Positions 40,301 to 46,235 of a DNA stretch of 64,000 bases are shown piece after piece. Made by a program: the position numbers and the translations under genes. Source of the stretch: an uncultured Candidatus Saccharibacteria bacterium (GTDB taxonomy: Bacteria > Patescibacteriota > Minisyncoccia > Phycocordibacterales > Phycocordibacteraceae); NCBI GenBank assembly GCA_964446735.1, contig CAYUQB010000002.1, positions 18,516 to 82,515 of the forward strand. Direction: 5' to 3'. The notes under the pieces were generated by a model. It made no database searches. It was not told the DNA's origin and worked only from the letters and a program-made list of their open reading frames with translations. The stretch's first letter is position 1. Every line of letters starts with the position of its first letter.

Positions 40301-43210
40301 GTGGGTGTCGGTTCTTCAACTCCGTGGGGTCAGTTCTCAGTGAATGCGTACGCAAGTACTGCACCAGCCTTCGTCGTCGGCAGCTCGAGTGCCACCAGTC
40401 TCGTGGTTTCTAACGGCGGCAATGTCGGTATCGGAACGAGTACGCCAGCACGCGCACTCCACGTCGCAAACTCAGGTGCCAGCTCACAATTCCTCCTCGA
40501 GGATACGGCGGCAGCTGCTGATCAACACATCGGTTCGATTGGGTTCTCACGCGGTGTCTTTAGCTTCAACACCCTTACCGATTCACTCGCAACGACCACT
40601 CGCCTCACCATCGACACCAGTGGCAATGTAGGTATCGCAACGTCTACACCGACCGCAAAGTTCGCGCTTACCGGAAGTGGCACCGGAACCGGTCGTCTCT
40701 TCGTACTTGCGGACTCGGCCAATACCGAACGACTCACCATTCTTGATAACGGAAAGGTAGGTATTGGTACAACCAGTCCAAACTGGCTCCTCTCGGTGTC
40801 AGGAACATCCGGCACTCGCTTCAAGACAACATCGGCTATCCAGAATGCGTTTGTCGTCGAGAATGCGGTTGGCACATCGACATTCCAAGTGGACACGCTT
40901 GATAACAGCGATTCCATCTTCTCGGTCGCGACCTCGTCGGGCAGTACGTACTTCTACGTTGGTGCGTCAGGACGCATTGGCGTAGGCACCACAACGCCGG
41001 GCGCTGCCCTCGATGTCTATAATGGTGCGCTGTGCGTTGATGACAGCTCGCCGACTTGTCAGGACGCTGCGCGTACCGCCGGTACAATCTATGCAGTTTC
41101 AACCTCCATTACCGGCATCGACCTTGCCGAGCGATACCCGACCAAGGATGCAACGCTTGCAGCAGCCGAGATCGTAGCGTTCGATCCTGCAAATCCGGTG
41201 TTTGTGAAGCGTGCTGCTTCAGGCAGCAGTTCGTTCCTCGGTGTCGTATCCACCCAGCCGGGTATTCTCCTCGGCGGCTATAACGACTCCTTATATAAGG
41301 ACGAGGTGAAAGTACCGGTGGCCCTTGCTGGTCGTGTCCCTGTTGCCGTTACGATGGAGGGAGGTGCTATCGACGTTGGTGACTACATCACCATCTCCAG
41401 TACGCCGGGTGTGGGAAAGAAGGCGACTGCGTCAGGCCAGACCATCGGCGTCGCGCTTGAGCCGGCAACCGCTGATGGCACTATCCAGGTATACATCAAA
41501 CCTGAGTATGTATTTGTGCCAAGCCAGCTCGCGATTGATGCTGATACAGGAAATGTCGGTATCGGAGTTGAGAACCCAACTCGTAAGCTTGAAGTGGCAG
41601 GAGATGCATTCTTCTCGGGCTTCCTTACTTCAGATCGATTTGTTGCATCCGGCTCGGGCACTAGCACGCTCCCACGAATTACCACCAATGCCATCGATCT
41701 TGCCGGCCAGTACCTCACTTCGGTTACCGGTACCGGACTCGAACTTTCGGGCGGCATACTCTCGATCGCAACGTCTTCGCTCACCAGTAATCTCTTCGCG
41801 CAGGGCGGCAATTCCTTTGGAACCACGACGGTGCTTGGCACTCGCGATACGCAGGATCTTGCCTTCATGACTGCAAGTTCGACTCGGCTCACTATTACCG
41901 CAGCCGGTAAGGTGGGTATTGGCACCGCGGCTCCCGCGCATGCGCTTGAAGTGGTTGGTGATGTTGCTGCCATTAGCTTCGTAAACACCTCAACTCGTAC
42001 TGCGAAGGAAGATATTACCTATCTCACGCAGGAAGATACGAAGGGTATTCTCGACACGCTTCGAGGCCTCAAGGTTGCCGAGTACCACTACAAGATTGAA
42101 AATCAATCAAATCCGCTCCGGCTTGGACTCATCGCAGAAGAGGCGCCTACTGAAGTACTCTCGCTTGATGGTAAGGGAGTTGATATCTATAAACTCGCAA
42201 CCTTCACCCTTGCCGGTGTCCAGTCGCTTGCAGGCAAAGTCGACACGCTCGAAGCAAAGGTTGCGGATATCGACGCACGACTCGCGCAGCTCGGGGGAGT
42301 AACACTTGCAACTACCAGTACCAGCACGAAAATCGCATCAAGCGGTGTCGGCCTGGGTGACCTTCCAGACGCACTACGCAGCTTCGGAGCATTCATTGGT
42401 AATGGCATCGCACAATTCCAAACACTCGTTGCACGACAATTTGTCGCAAGCAAGGATGCGGACGGCACGTCTTCTGCAGGTGAGGGAACCGTTGCATCAA
42501 CCACCAACTCGACCACCATTGAGAACAAACTGGTACGAGCATCAAGCAAGATCTTCATCACGTTCACGAGCCCAGTGGAGGGTGGGTGGTATCTGGCTGA
42601 TAAGAAGGAGGGAAGCTTCCGGGTGGTGCTGAAGAGCATGCCGGCTGAAGATGTCACGTTTGACTACTTCTTCATCCAGACCGAAGGGCAGCTCGCGGCG
42701 TCCGGCGCAGCGTCTGGCACCACAGACGGCAGCGATACGGAGCCGCCGGTGATTACGCTCAATGGTGAGACCTCTACGTACGTGCCAGTGGGGGAGACAT
42801 ACGTCGATCCTGGCGTGTCAGCGGTGGATGCAGTTGATGGCCCAGTTAGGTACAACCGACAGATAAATGGACAAACGATGGATATCAATGCTCCGCTTGA
42901 TACCTCGCACGAAGCGACCTATACGCTTACCTACGTTGCCTTCGATGCAAAGGGTAACTACGCAAGTGCCACTCGCACCGTCATTGTGGCAGCGCCCGGT
43001 GGTGGGGGAGCAGTACTTCCCGGTGCAACTCCCGAGCCGACACCTGCCCCAGAACCTGCACCGATACCTGAACCTACACCTGAACCTACACCTGAACCTG
43101 CACCAGAGCCAGCTCCGGAGCCAACACCAACTCCCGAGCCGACGCCTGCCCCAGAACCTGCACCGGAACCGGCTCCTGAACCAGCGCCATCCCCAGCTCT
43201 AGAAGGATGA
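28397..43210 (+). CDS. giant (4,937-aa) membrane-anchored fibre/adhesin-like protein with four parts: N-terminal HTH_17-like module and TM helix; Gly/Thr/Ser-rich modular repeat fibre; C-terminal peptidase-S74 intramolecular chaperone domain; DUF5011/Ig-like domain and (PEPT)n tail
   Basis: Single uninterrupted ORF of 14,814 nt. TM helix PGFALALTALVLMISVYAA (about aa 140-160). At least seven copies of the module LFAIGSSTASATSTLFSI-N-GSTTLFQLPSSVLTTNENGTIVGTTSVGVTYGGTGL..YGQLLVGN..GYTLTATSSLGL. NTAxG/AIG repeats (about 34.6-35.2 kb and 36.5-37.9 kb) resemble YadA-head/phage tail-fibre repeats. aa about 4532-4650 STRTAKEDITYL..LRGLKVAEYHYK..RLGLIAEEAP..LEAKVADIDARLAQL match the Peptidase_S74 (endosialidase chaperone) profile including the Ser-x4-Lys dyad. 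aa about 4780-4865 PVITLNGETSTYVPVGETYVDPGVSAVDAVDG...TYTLTYVAFDAKGNYASATRTVIV match DUF5011. C-terminus PEPTPAPEPAPIPEPTPEPTPEP... Confidence 0.85.
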   Translation: MSLPLDKNFIPNKVASELSGYNSDYIARLCREGKIEGTQIGRAWFVNRESLEKFIKQQDTRKKEIARELSAAREREYSARQNAATEVKEVKEVRISTETSIPKAKLIPSQIAPLQAVIHRPVHVRVKARSPRLSEVHPTLRPGFALALTALVLMISVYAAESGLVNNFASRVITSAMRTHADAPELPLRSAFAIRGIGEHLALGTSHLVTGAPKVYERGLMALVRTPADSAAAVATVTTTPEHGIGERVALTTYRGITRFFSNATDRLAVFFGFKSPNIAVLPFEAASALHPSTNLPAPTSSGEYRPTTQGITTVNYLTGVSSEYVDSYVSSYVTNALRGVREQIGRDVLDSNAVKRSRSSSSGSSSGGAATSVNGAVVATSLTLSGITGSTQCLQVDTSGVVSGTGSACGAGGSGITGLKGQYSSTQTGATQTFATSSDTNLTLTITSSGDTHTFTPGWTGVLSVARGGLGLSAVTANGLLIGNSAGTGYTSVATSSLGLSTSDISEGSNLYYTTARFAASLAGTTTDALAEGAINRYYTDARARAAYSTTATGLSYSSASGVLSLSSGYNIPLTASTTNWNSFYDTPSTRITAGTNLSWSGNTLNGPADSTIRGLFSGTYPVSYDSGTGAFSLAFGTTTSNTWAGTQTFTNTPVLGTLTGLVGSNNGSLYQIATSSNFVTSIAQSFGSAQTGAVTLATSSAATWNGVTFTNSITNSGGTFTFTPALSGTLAVAGGGTATTTFYNGGVVFSDGTKLTQAAAASNFFWDNTNNRLGLGTSSPWGQLSINPNGISGPAFAIGSSTDTLFSITSGGHITIGTSTPASTNGITLTTTAGTAAPILYMYRNDSSVTASESLGAIYFDSNDGPVSTNDAAVAILAQAAEVHGSTAKGGQLIFQTKSIGTGPNSSSDERFRITASNTSGFSTSSPYATLSIHTNKDVTNRTLFAIGSSTASATSTLFSITNTGSTTLFQLPSSVLTTNENGTIVGTTSVGITYGGTGITSYTSGDLLYANSSGILAKLGIGSAGQVLKVTGGLPVWGADLTTGGGGGAGAWATTSDSLAVYPTDTSDVIIVGNSATSTLTSIFEVHGKSYFSNFLGIGTTNPSTQLSVQGDALFSGNLSLANLTATGTISTTNLTVGTLNGPLHANNGVVSATTSIGVLYGGTGLTTAPSYGQLLLGNSSSGYTLTATSSLGLQSVLQGTQGQVAYFSDTNTAVGTSSIFIGTNTNVGIGSSSPSARLSILGADAASSGATAPHALYVRGGTGGSTSGFGGPITLVGGAAGVATSNGGTVTIVSGSSFAGLPGAEIELTGSANSAGGGLTFTGGNGSILGGGFTFTSGDGQSGGSYYFTSGDGSLNGGDFNFTSGAATSSGSGGQFTFTGGVASSTTANATGGGFTVTGGAASSTISTVHGGSIQLTGGSGGTGALTVGSGGNIVLNGGAAGVAGGSVGNVLLAGLRGKVGIGSSSPYALLSLHASSTATTPMLFAISSSTSTFATSSLFSINNVGSTTLFQLPSSVLTTNQNGTIVGTTSIGVTYGGTGLTSGPSYGQLLVGNASAGYSLTATSSLGLVTSVNASGGTTGLSFSGGPITSSGTLTLSGTLGLANGGTATTTFYSGGVVFSDGARLTQASSTSDFFWDSTNKRLGLGTSTPWGQLSINPNGISGPAFAIGSTTNTSFVVTNGGYVGIGSAVPTNALTVVASSTSVTSTFPFDDTQLEIAATSSSSGSLNIGLNSRQSRYYIVGNSGNLTSNDMYIGVDGSSDGFGKVHIITGFAGGSVPRITATRDGQVGIGTTSPYAKFAVHAANAETNRVLFAIGSSTASATTTLFSVNNIGSTTLFQLPSSVLTTNENGTIVGTTSVGVTYGGTGLSTAPAYGQLLVGNSSGGYTLTATSSLGLGTGNGTVTSVDASGGTTGLSFSGGPITSSGTLTLSGTLGLANGGTATTTFYSGGVVFSDGARLTQASSTGDFFWDSTNKRLGLGTSTPFAKLSVNQNTSGPSTIPAFVVGASDSTKFIVTASGNVGVGTSSAAYTLDVGGFANVDKFSGYKQDTFTILTASSTSLSTLVGINAGASLTQGARYATVLGYGALQNTTSGTYNTAVGYQTLNANSTGAQNTALGAFALTNNFTGADNVALGYGASYFNAYATRTVAIGSEAGEGVGNYANQGGVLVGYKSGFNLTDGSNYNTLLGYQSGFGITTGANNIIIGADSDGSGGNSNLTTGSGNIQIGYNISLPSATASNQLNIGNLIYGTGVSGTAFVPSTGRIGIASTSPFAKLSVHANNGDTNPALFAIGSSTASATTTHFLVTRTGEVGIGTTSPSAQLALSGVSGTTAAAPDFLGLFGGTGGAPVTGDAGAGSSGRIGAGAGGATANGNGGAGGSLTFAAGTGGASSQTTGISGAGGSLSLSAGNGGDGSELVSTPGNGGAITITAGSAGGNGAASGGSVTINPGAKGTTGSDGNVLIATLRGKTGIGTTSPYAKLSIHSNNGDTNRTLFAIGSSTASATTTLFSITNTGDATLLGTSTAAGGSFTRLTVGSDYFTDLTGTGLALSGSALTLDTGNANSWTGTQTFNTVTINTGYVFTVGTLNGPLHANNGVVAATTSIGVTYGGTGLTTAPSYGQILVGNASSGYTLTATSSLGLPTGSGAAGRVAFWDGTGSLSSNANFTFSSTNSQFSIPNNGWYAIGGNLLGYASSTNQATIFGLGAGGNNATTTGAGSNLTAVGFNALNAMTTGANNTAVGSLALRSATTGGANTAVGASALSALTTGGFNTAVGYLAGTSVTTGAGNSILGHDAAASLTVGWNNTLIGQYAGYTITTGSGNTVLGGVEDTGISNLTTGDNNIAIGLNILFADGTADNQLNIGNFIFGTIPATTTNSSLQLPKTGKLGIATSSPYAKLSIHANNGSTDTTLFAIGSSTASATSTLFSVSNSGQLSSNLSGTTTLLRVAGREFIKADTASLNLALGFDPLRALTTGSGNIAIGENAGYGITTGTYNTSIGYGTQNQNGHYNVALGYQTGGAGNRAVAVGYNAYSDGQGGISIGAGANAFGSSTIAVGYGAYANNTDGIALGSDVFSYGTAAIVIGASASSDSGASSTIAIGYNAYGGGTISNTVIGDTAGFNIAGRRNLLIGPTAFDPNGASDGGLSIGNLIFGTLPATTTVASLPLTGAIGVATTSPYATLSVHANSGSVNTTLFAIGSSTASATSTLFSINNIGSTTLFRLPSSVLTTNENGTIVGTTSVGVTYGGTGLATAPSYGQLLLGNASSGYTLTATSSLGIAISDTTGTLSLARGGTATTTFYNGGVVFSDGTKLTQAAAASNFFWDNTNNRLGLGTSSPWGQLSINPNGISGPAFAIGSTTSTSFVITNAGYVGIGTATPQTSLDIDGGNVRITNLSGSVQNLLSLNNTSAGTAAGNAIVFNGPSSVQYGKVEVAADSATSQTYLALTVRGASAAYEALRAVGSSGSIGIGTTTPKWKLTVSTSTAPQLTLTDGSATNAPFNFRAINNLLYFSTSSPTTYATSTPFLSFDSSTASTSILRLDVTGTGTSTFANGLNIANGCYAVNGVCLVGTFTNTLASGGTATTTFYNGGVVFSDGTKLTQAAAASNFFWDNTNNRLGLGTSTPFGQLSIDSNGITGPAFVIGSSTATHLLVENSGRVGVGTTSPASAYGFNVGTNSYFGATTTFAGGAAIGAFTSGGKTGTWINLPTTGPSGIGTGGAGSNPFVAYAASATDWFNGSIIGDAVYRNANGTRILMGISNNNGTAQPQIIIQGNASSTWQTSFGTTSPWGMVSIGSHGIGDKPAFVIGSSTATNLIVTNSGRVGIGTSSPTSMLAVGGNVTISTAAANSGLLTIYSEDTGSLSNMQGIVVADRQNAYGSWQTPSGLDGVQIGGGGEVTAWNQDFFINYYSTGDVRLARGGGDVFVGSSPPTARLSVKGSAGSTTPVFLVSSSTNANLFNVQSTGFVGVGSSTPWGQFSVNAYASTAPAFVVGSSSATSLVVSNGGNVGIGTSTPARALHVANSGASSQFLLEDTAAAADQHIGSIGFSRGVFSFNTLTDSLATTTRLTIDTSGNVGIATSTPTAKFALTGSGTGTGRLFVLADSANTERLTILDNGKVGIGTTSPNWLLSVSGTSGTRFKTTSAIQNAFVVENAVGTSTFQVDTLDNSDSIFSVATSSGSTYFYVGASGRIGVGTTTPGAALDVYNGALCVDDSSPTCQDAARTAGTIYAVSTSITGIDLAERYPTKDATLAAAEIVAFDPANPVFVKRAASGSSSFLGVVSTQPGILLGGYNDSLYKDEVKVPVALAGRVPVAVTMEGGAIDVGDYITISSTPGVGKKATASGQTIGVALEPATADGTIQVYIKPEYVFVPSQLAIDADTGNVGIGVENPTRKLEVAGDAFFSGFLTSDRFVASGSGTSTLPRITTNAIDLAGQYLTSVTGTGLELSGGILSIATSSLTSNLFAQGGNSFGTTTVLGTRDTQDLAFMTASSTRLTITAAGKVGIGTAAPAHALEVVGDVAAISFVNTSTRTAKEDITYLTQEDTKGILDTLRGLKVAEYHYKIENQSNPLRLGLIAEEAPTEVLSLDGKGVDIYKLATFTLAGVQSLAGKVDTLEAKVADIDARLAQLGGVTLATTSTSTKIASSGVGLGDLPDALRSFGAFIGNGIAQFQTLVARQFVASKDADGTSSAGEGTVASTTNSTTIENKLVRASSKIFITFTSPVEGGWYLADKKEGSFRVVLKSMPAEDVTFDYFFIQTEGQLAASGAASGTTDGSDTEPPVITLNGETSTYVPVGETYVDPGVSAVDAVDGPVRYNRQINGQTMDINAPLDTSHEATYTLTYVAFDAKGNYASATRTVIVAAPGGGGAVLPGATPEPTPAPEPAPIPEPTPEPTPEPAPEPAPEPTPTPEPTPAPEPAPEPAPEPAPSPALEG
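30605..30720 (+). repeat. 116-bp near-perfect direct repeat family, copy 1 of 3 (inside giant ORF)
   Basis: GGCGGCACCGCCACCACCACCTTCTACAACGGTGGCGTGGTCTTCTCTGACGGCACCAAACTCACCCAAGCAGCCGCCGCAAGCAACTTCTTCTGGGACAACAC(C/G)AACAACCGTCT. One mismatch versus copies at 38285..38400 and 39143..39258. Confidence 0.85.
33137..33288 (+). repeat. 152-bp perfect direct repeat, copy 1 (inside giant ORF)
   Basis: Identical to 34139..34290 by direct comparison; encodes GGTTGLSFSGGPITSSGTLTLSGTLGLANGGTATTTFYSGGVVFSDGARL. Confidence 0.9.
34139..34290 (+). repeat. 152-bp perfect direct repeat, copy 2 (inside giant ORF)
   Basis: Identical to 33137..33288; spacing 1,002 bp (334 codons), one protein repeat module. 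Confidence 0.9.
38285..38400 (+). repeat. 116-bp direct repeat family, copy 2 of 3
   Basis: Identical to 39143..39258 over this span; one mismatch versus 30605..30720. Confidence 0.85.
39143..39258 (+). repeat. 116-bp direct repeat family, copy 3 of 3
   Basis: See copies 1 and 2. Confidence 0.85.
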
Positions 43211-43257
43211 TTTACGCTATACTTATTTATGACGTTCGTCTCACCAACCACCTCACC

Positions 43258-44550
43258 ATGAAAACAGTTGCGCTCTTCCTTGCTCTCCTCCTCATGCCTA
43301 TTCAGGCATTTGCGATGAGTCAACCTCTCTTTTCTGCCATAGGTCAGATCTCAGGCGTCTCGGGGTCAACCCGTTACTACGGATGCGGAAATTCTGGAGT
43401 TACAAACTCCTCAATTGCACTAGTCGCACCTCCCCTCTCGGTTGCGGGAGTACTAGATAACCTTCAAGTGTCGACAAGTGCCGCTCCCGGGGCGGGGACT
43501 ACCATTACCTACACCGTCGAAAAGAATGACGTTGACACAACACAGACCTGCCAAATTTCTGACACAGCGACTACCTGTTCGGATGCCGCTCATCCAATAA
43601 CATTCGCAGCCGGCGATACTTGTGGTATTCGCACTCAAGCCACAACCGGTGCTCCAGCAGCAATAGAATCAAATGTTTCCAACTCATTCGTTCCCACCGC
43701 CGACGGTGAAGCGGTTATCACAGGTTCAGGTTCAAGTGCACTAAATAGTGCAACGGGCTATTATGCTGTGTATGGAGATACTGCAACGACCTCCATAACT
43801 CGCGCCTCTACAACCTTTCCTACCAACGGAACAGTCGATAAATTTTACGTTGCACTAAGCGGTACTCCCGGGACGGGCACCTCATATGACTTCACAGTGT
43901 TTAAGAACGGTGTAACAACTGGCATCACCTGCCAGGTTGCTAACACCGCAACAACGTGCAATGACCCAACGAACACTGCATCCTTCTCCGCAGGTGACTC
44001 TATCACCATCCAGGTGGTTCCTACTGGCACACCGACTGCGCGGTCGCCCAAATGGGGTCTTCGCTTCACGCCGACGATAAATGGCGAGAGCGTTTTGTTT
44101 GTTCGTGAACTCAACAATTCAAACGTCACTCGCTACCATGCCATACAAGGCTCTGGGGAGCGCAGCACTAACGAAGTCAACGTGCAGGTGGTAGCACCGC
44201 TCGCGTTCCAGCTGAAGAAACTTTATTTCAACATCGTACACGGTCAACCGACCGCCGGCACCAGCCGTATTCTTACCGTGAGAAAGAACGGTGCCGGTAC
44301 GTCGTTAGGCGGGACACTCACCGATACGGCTGCGTGGGTGACTGATCTTAGCGATACCGTTGACTATGCGGCCGGTGATCTCGTATCTACAGAAATGACC
44401 AACACTGGCTCACCACCCACGGCTGTTGTTGAATTCTGGTCAACGGTTGCGTTCGTAGATCCTGGAACTGCGGCCACGACCCCTACTTCGAAGTTCCGTA
44501 TCTTCGGCGGTAAGTGGAATATTTTTGGGGGCAGCGTATTCCTCCGATAA
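43258..44550 (+). CDS. secreted protein with N-terminal signal peptide and three about 100-aa Thr/Cys-containing repeat domains; unknown function
   Basis: Start placed at MKTVALFLALLLMPIQAFA (signal peptide); the ORF as tracked begins at 43207. Three repeats with pattern ..T(F/V)xKNG..TCQ(I/V)..TATTC(S/N)D....F(A/S)AGD(T/S). Immediately downstream of the giant gene. Confidence 0.5.
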   Translation: MKTVALFLALLLMPIQAFAMSQPLFSAIGQISGVSGSTRYYGCGNSGVTNSSIALVAPPLSVAGVLDNLQVSTSAAPGAGTTITYTVEKNDVDTTQTCQISDTATTCSDAAHPITFAAGDTCGIRTQATTGAPAAIESNVSNSFVPTADGEAVITGSGSSALNSATGYYAVYGDTATTSITRASTTFPTNGTVDKFYVALSGTPGTGTSYDFTVFKNGVTTGITCQVANTATTCNDPTNTASFSAGDSITIQVVPTGTPTARSPKWGLRFTPTINGESVLFVRELNNSNVTRYHAIQGSGERSTNEVNVQVVAPLAFQLKKLYFNIVHGQPTAGTSRILTVRKNGAGTSLGGTLTDTAAWVTDLSDTVDYAAGDLVSTEMTNTGSPPTAVVEFWSTVAFVDPGTAATTPTSKFRIFGGKWNIFGGSVFLR

Positions 44551-44555
44551 TCCCT

Positions 44556-45572
44556 ATGAAACCTATTCGCGTTGCCATCAATGGATTCGGTCGCATCGGT
44601 CGTTCCTTTGTTCGTCAAAGTTTTGATCGCCCTGATATAGAGCTGGTTGCAGTGAACGATCTCGGATCGCTGGAGAACCTGGCATATCTTCTAAAACACG
44701 ACACGGTCTACGGTAAGGCACCATTCGATGTCTCGATCGAAGACGGAAAGCTCATGGTTGCAGGGAGGGCAGTTACGTTCCTATCCGAAAAGGAACCCCA
44801 GAATCTTCCTTGGAAAGATCTGGCAATCGATGTGGTTATTGAGTCTACGGGCTTCTTTACTGATTACGAAAAGGCGAACGCCCATGTTACTGCCGGTGCC
44901 AGGCACGTAGTTATCTCTGCTCCGGTCAAAGAAGAGAACCCGCTTGGTGCAACTATTCTCATGGGTCTCGATGAGAGCAAGCTCGGAACATGCCCAATTA
45001 CATCGAATGCTTCGTGCACCACCAACTCCGCGAGTCCAGTCATCGCTATTCTCGATGAAGCGATTGGCATTGAGAAGGCCATCCTTTCAACCGCACACGC
45101 TTATACCGCGAGTCAGTCCATTGTGGATGGACCCTCCAAAAAGGATATGAAAGAGGGGAGGGCAGCAGCACAGAATATTGTCCCAACTTCGACCGGAGCT
45201 GCTGTTGCGGTGACCAAGGCGTACCCATCACTTGCAGGTAAGTTTGATGGCATCTCACTTCGCGTGCCGGTACCTGCTGGCTCCATTGCCGACATCACCT
45301 TCATAGCGAAGCGTCCTACCTCTGCAGATGAAGTGAACGATATTCTCCGACGTGCAAGCTGCGAGGAACGTTGGCAGGGGATCTTCACGACTACTGATGA
45401 AGAATTAGTCTCGTCCGACATCATCGGTGAACTGCACGCTTCCATTGCTGATCTAGGTATGACTCGGGTCGTGGATGGCACCCTCGTGAAGGTGCTTGCC
45501 TGGTACGACAACGAAGCAGGGTATACTCATACGTTAGTCCAACATGTGATTAAGGCCGGACAATACTTATAG
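44556..45572 (+). CDS. gap: type I glyceraldehyde-3-phosphate dehydrogenase
   Basis: MKPIRVAINGFGRIGRSFVRQ (NAD-binding), active-site NASCTTNS, WYDNEAGYT C-terminal motif. Start ATG 44556 within the longer tracked ORF. Confidence 0.9.
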   Translation: MKPIRVAINGFGRIGRSFVRQSFDRPDIELVAVNDLGSLENLAYLLKHDTVYGKAPFDVSIEDGKLMVAGRAVTFLSEKEPQNLPWKDLAIDVVIESTGFFTDYEKANAHVTAGARHVVISAPVKEENPLGATILMGLDESKLGTCPITSNASCTTNSASPVIAILDEAIGIEKAILSTAHAYTASQSIVDGPSKKDMKEGRAAAQNIVPTSTGAAVAVTKAYPSLAGKFDGISLRVPVPAGSIADITFIAKRPTSADEVNDILRRASCEERWQGIFTTTDEELVSSDIIGELHASIADLGMTRVVDGTLVKVLAWYDNEAGYTHTLVQHVIKAGQYL

Positions 45573-45610
45573 AAGCTTGTTAAATAAGGGTTTTCTGAAG
45601 AGTCTCGCTC

Positions 45611-45629
45611 AAAAAGCGGGGCTTTTTTG
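45611..45629 (+). terminator. weak hairpin plus T-tract after gap
   Basis: AAAAAGC-GGG-GCTTTTTT. Confidence 0.35.
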
Positions 45630-45680
45630 CTACCTGCTTTTCACTCACCTAAAGGTCGAAATTATTAGCCAAGTTAACCA

Positions 45681-45875
45681 TTGTCCCGAAAGGGATCAGC
45701 CGGAGTACGACGGCAGATGCTAGCGATGGATCAGAAAAACCATGAGGAAGTATGTAATCGATGGAATGGAGATTTACTCAAGTCTCGATTTCCGGAGACG
45801 AAGAAAAAGCTTCTTGAGACGGCTATTCGATGTATTCGTAGGTCCAGTTATCCACAGGGTCAGACGAATCAATGA
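45681..45875 (+). CDS. hypothetical small protein (64 aa)
   Basis: ORF only; first ORF of the low-GC region. Confidence 0.25.
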   Translation: MSRKGSAGVRRQMLAMDQKNHEEVCNRWNGDLLKSRFPETKKKLLETAIRCIRRSSYPQGQTNQ

Positions 45876-46120
45876 AAGCTCTCAAAAGTACCCGATTAGT
45901 TACTTACCGTAGATCTGGGAAACCCGCCCTGATCCTTGAGGGTAAGTGGCTAACGGAACGATATCGATTGAAAGTTGGCGACGTGATCGATGTCGATTAT
46001 CAGCCAAAGGAAATTAGGATACGCAAAAATCACAAATTAAGTGTTGAGCGTAGAAAGTTTCTGGCGGAAGTCGCCGAGCTTCGTAGACAGCAAATCGAAG
46101 CGATAAAGAATAGGAATTAG
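45872..46120 (+). CDS. SymE-like / AbrB-fold (SpoVT-AbrB) small protein
   Basis: SGKPALILEGKWLTERYRLKVGDVIDVDYQPKEIRIRKN resembles the SymE toxin core (P-A-I-T-L-K-G-x-W-L-x-x-x-G-F..G..v.V....i.l). 82 aa, basic C-terminus. Confidence 0.4.
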   Translation: MKALKSTRLVTYRRSGKPALILEGKWLTERYRLKVGDVIDVDYQPKEIRIRKNHKLSVERRKFLAEVAELRRQQIEAIKNRN

Positions 46121-46235
46121 AAATGATTAATCACTTAAAAGTAGTAATTAAAAAATAAAAGACCCCCGAAGGGAGCCTTTCATCAACAGATACATCGTAT
46201 CAAAGACCCCTTTGGTGAGTCAATAGCTAAAAACT

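Noticed and set aside
30392-41988. Many antisense and alternate-frame ORFs inside the giant gene (e.g. 30392..30841 -, 35587..36003 -, 41383..41988 -, 29874..30389 +)
   Set aside because: Products are low-complexity mirror translations (Pro/Val/Ala-rich) of the Gly/Thr/Ser-coding repeats. The single 4,937-aa frame is continuous and motif-supported.
28397-43210. Possibility that the giant ORF is an RTX toxin / hemolysin-type calcium-binding repeat protein
   Set aside because: No GGxGxDxUx nonapeptide repeats. The repeats are Thr/Ser-rich fibre-like modules and the C-terminus is S74-type, not a T1SS signal.
42958-43323. Minus-strand ORF encoding (GAGS)n repeats across the giant gene 3' end
   Set aside because: It is the reverse-complement reading of the (PEPT)n codon repeat, so a mirror artefact.
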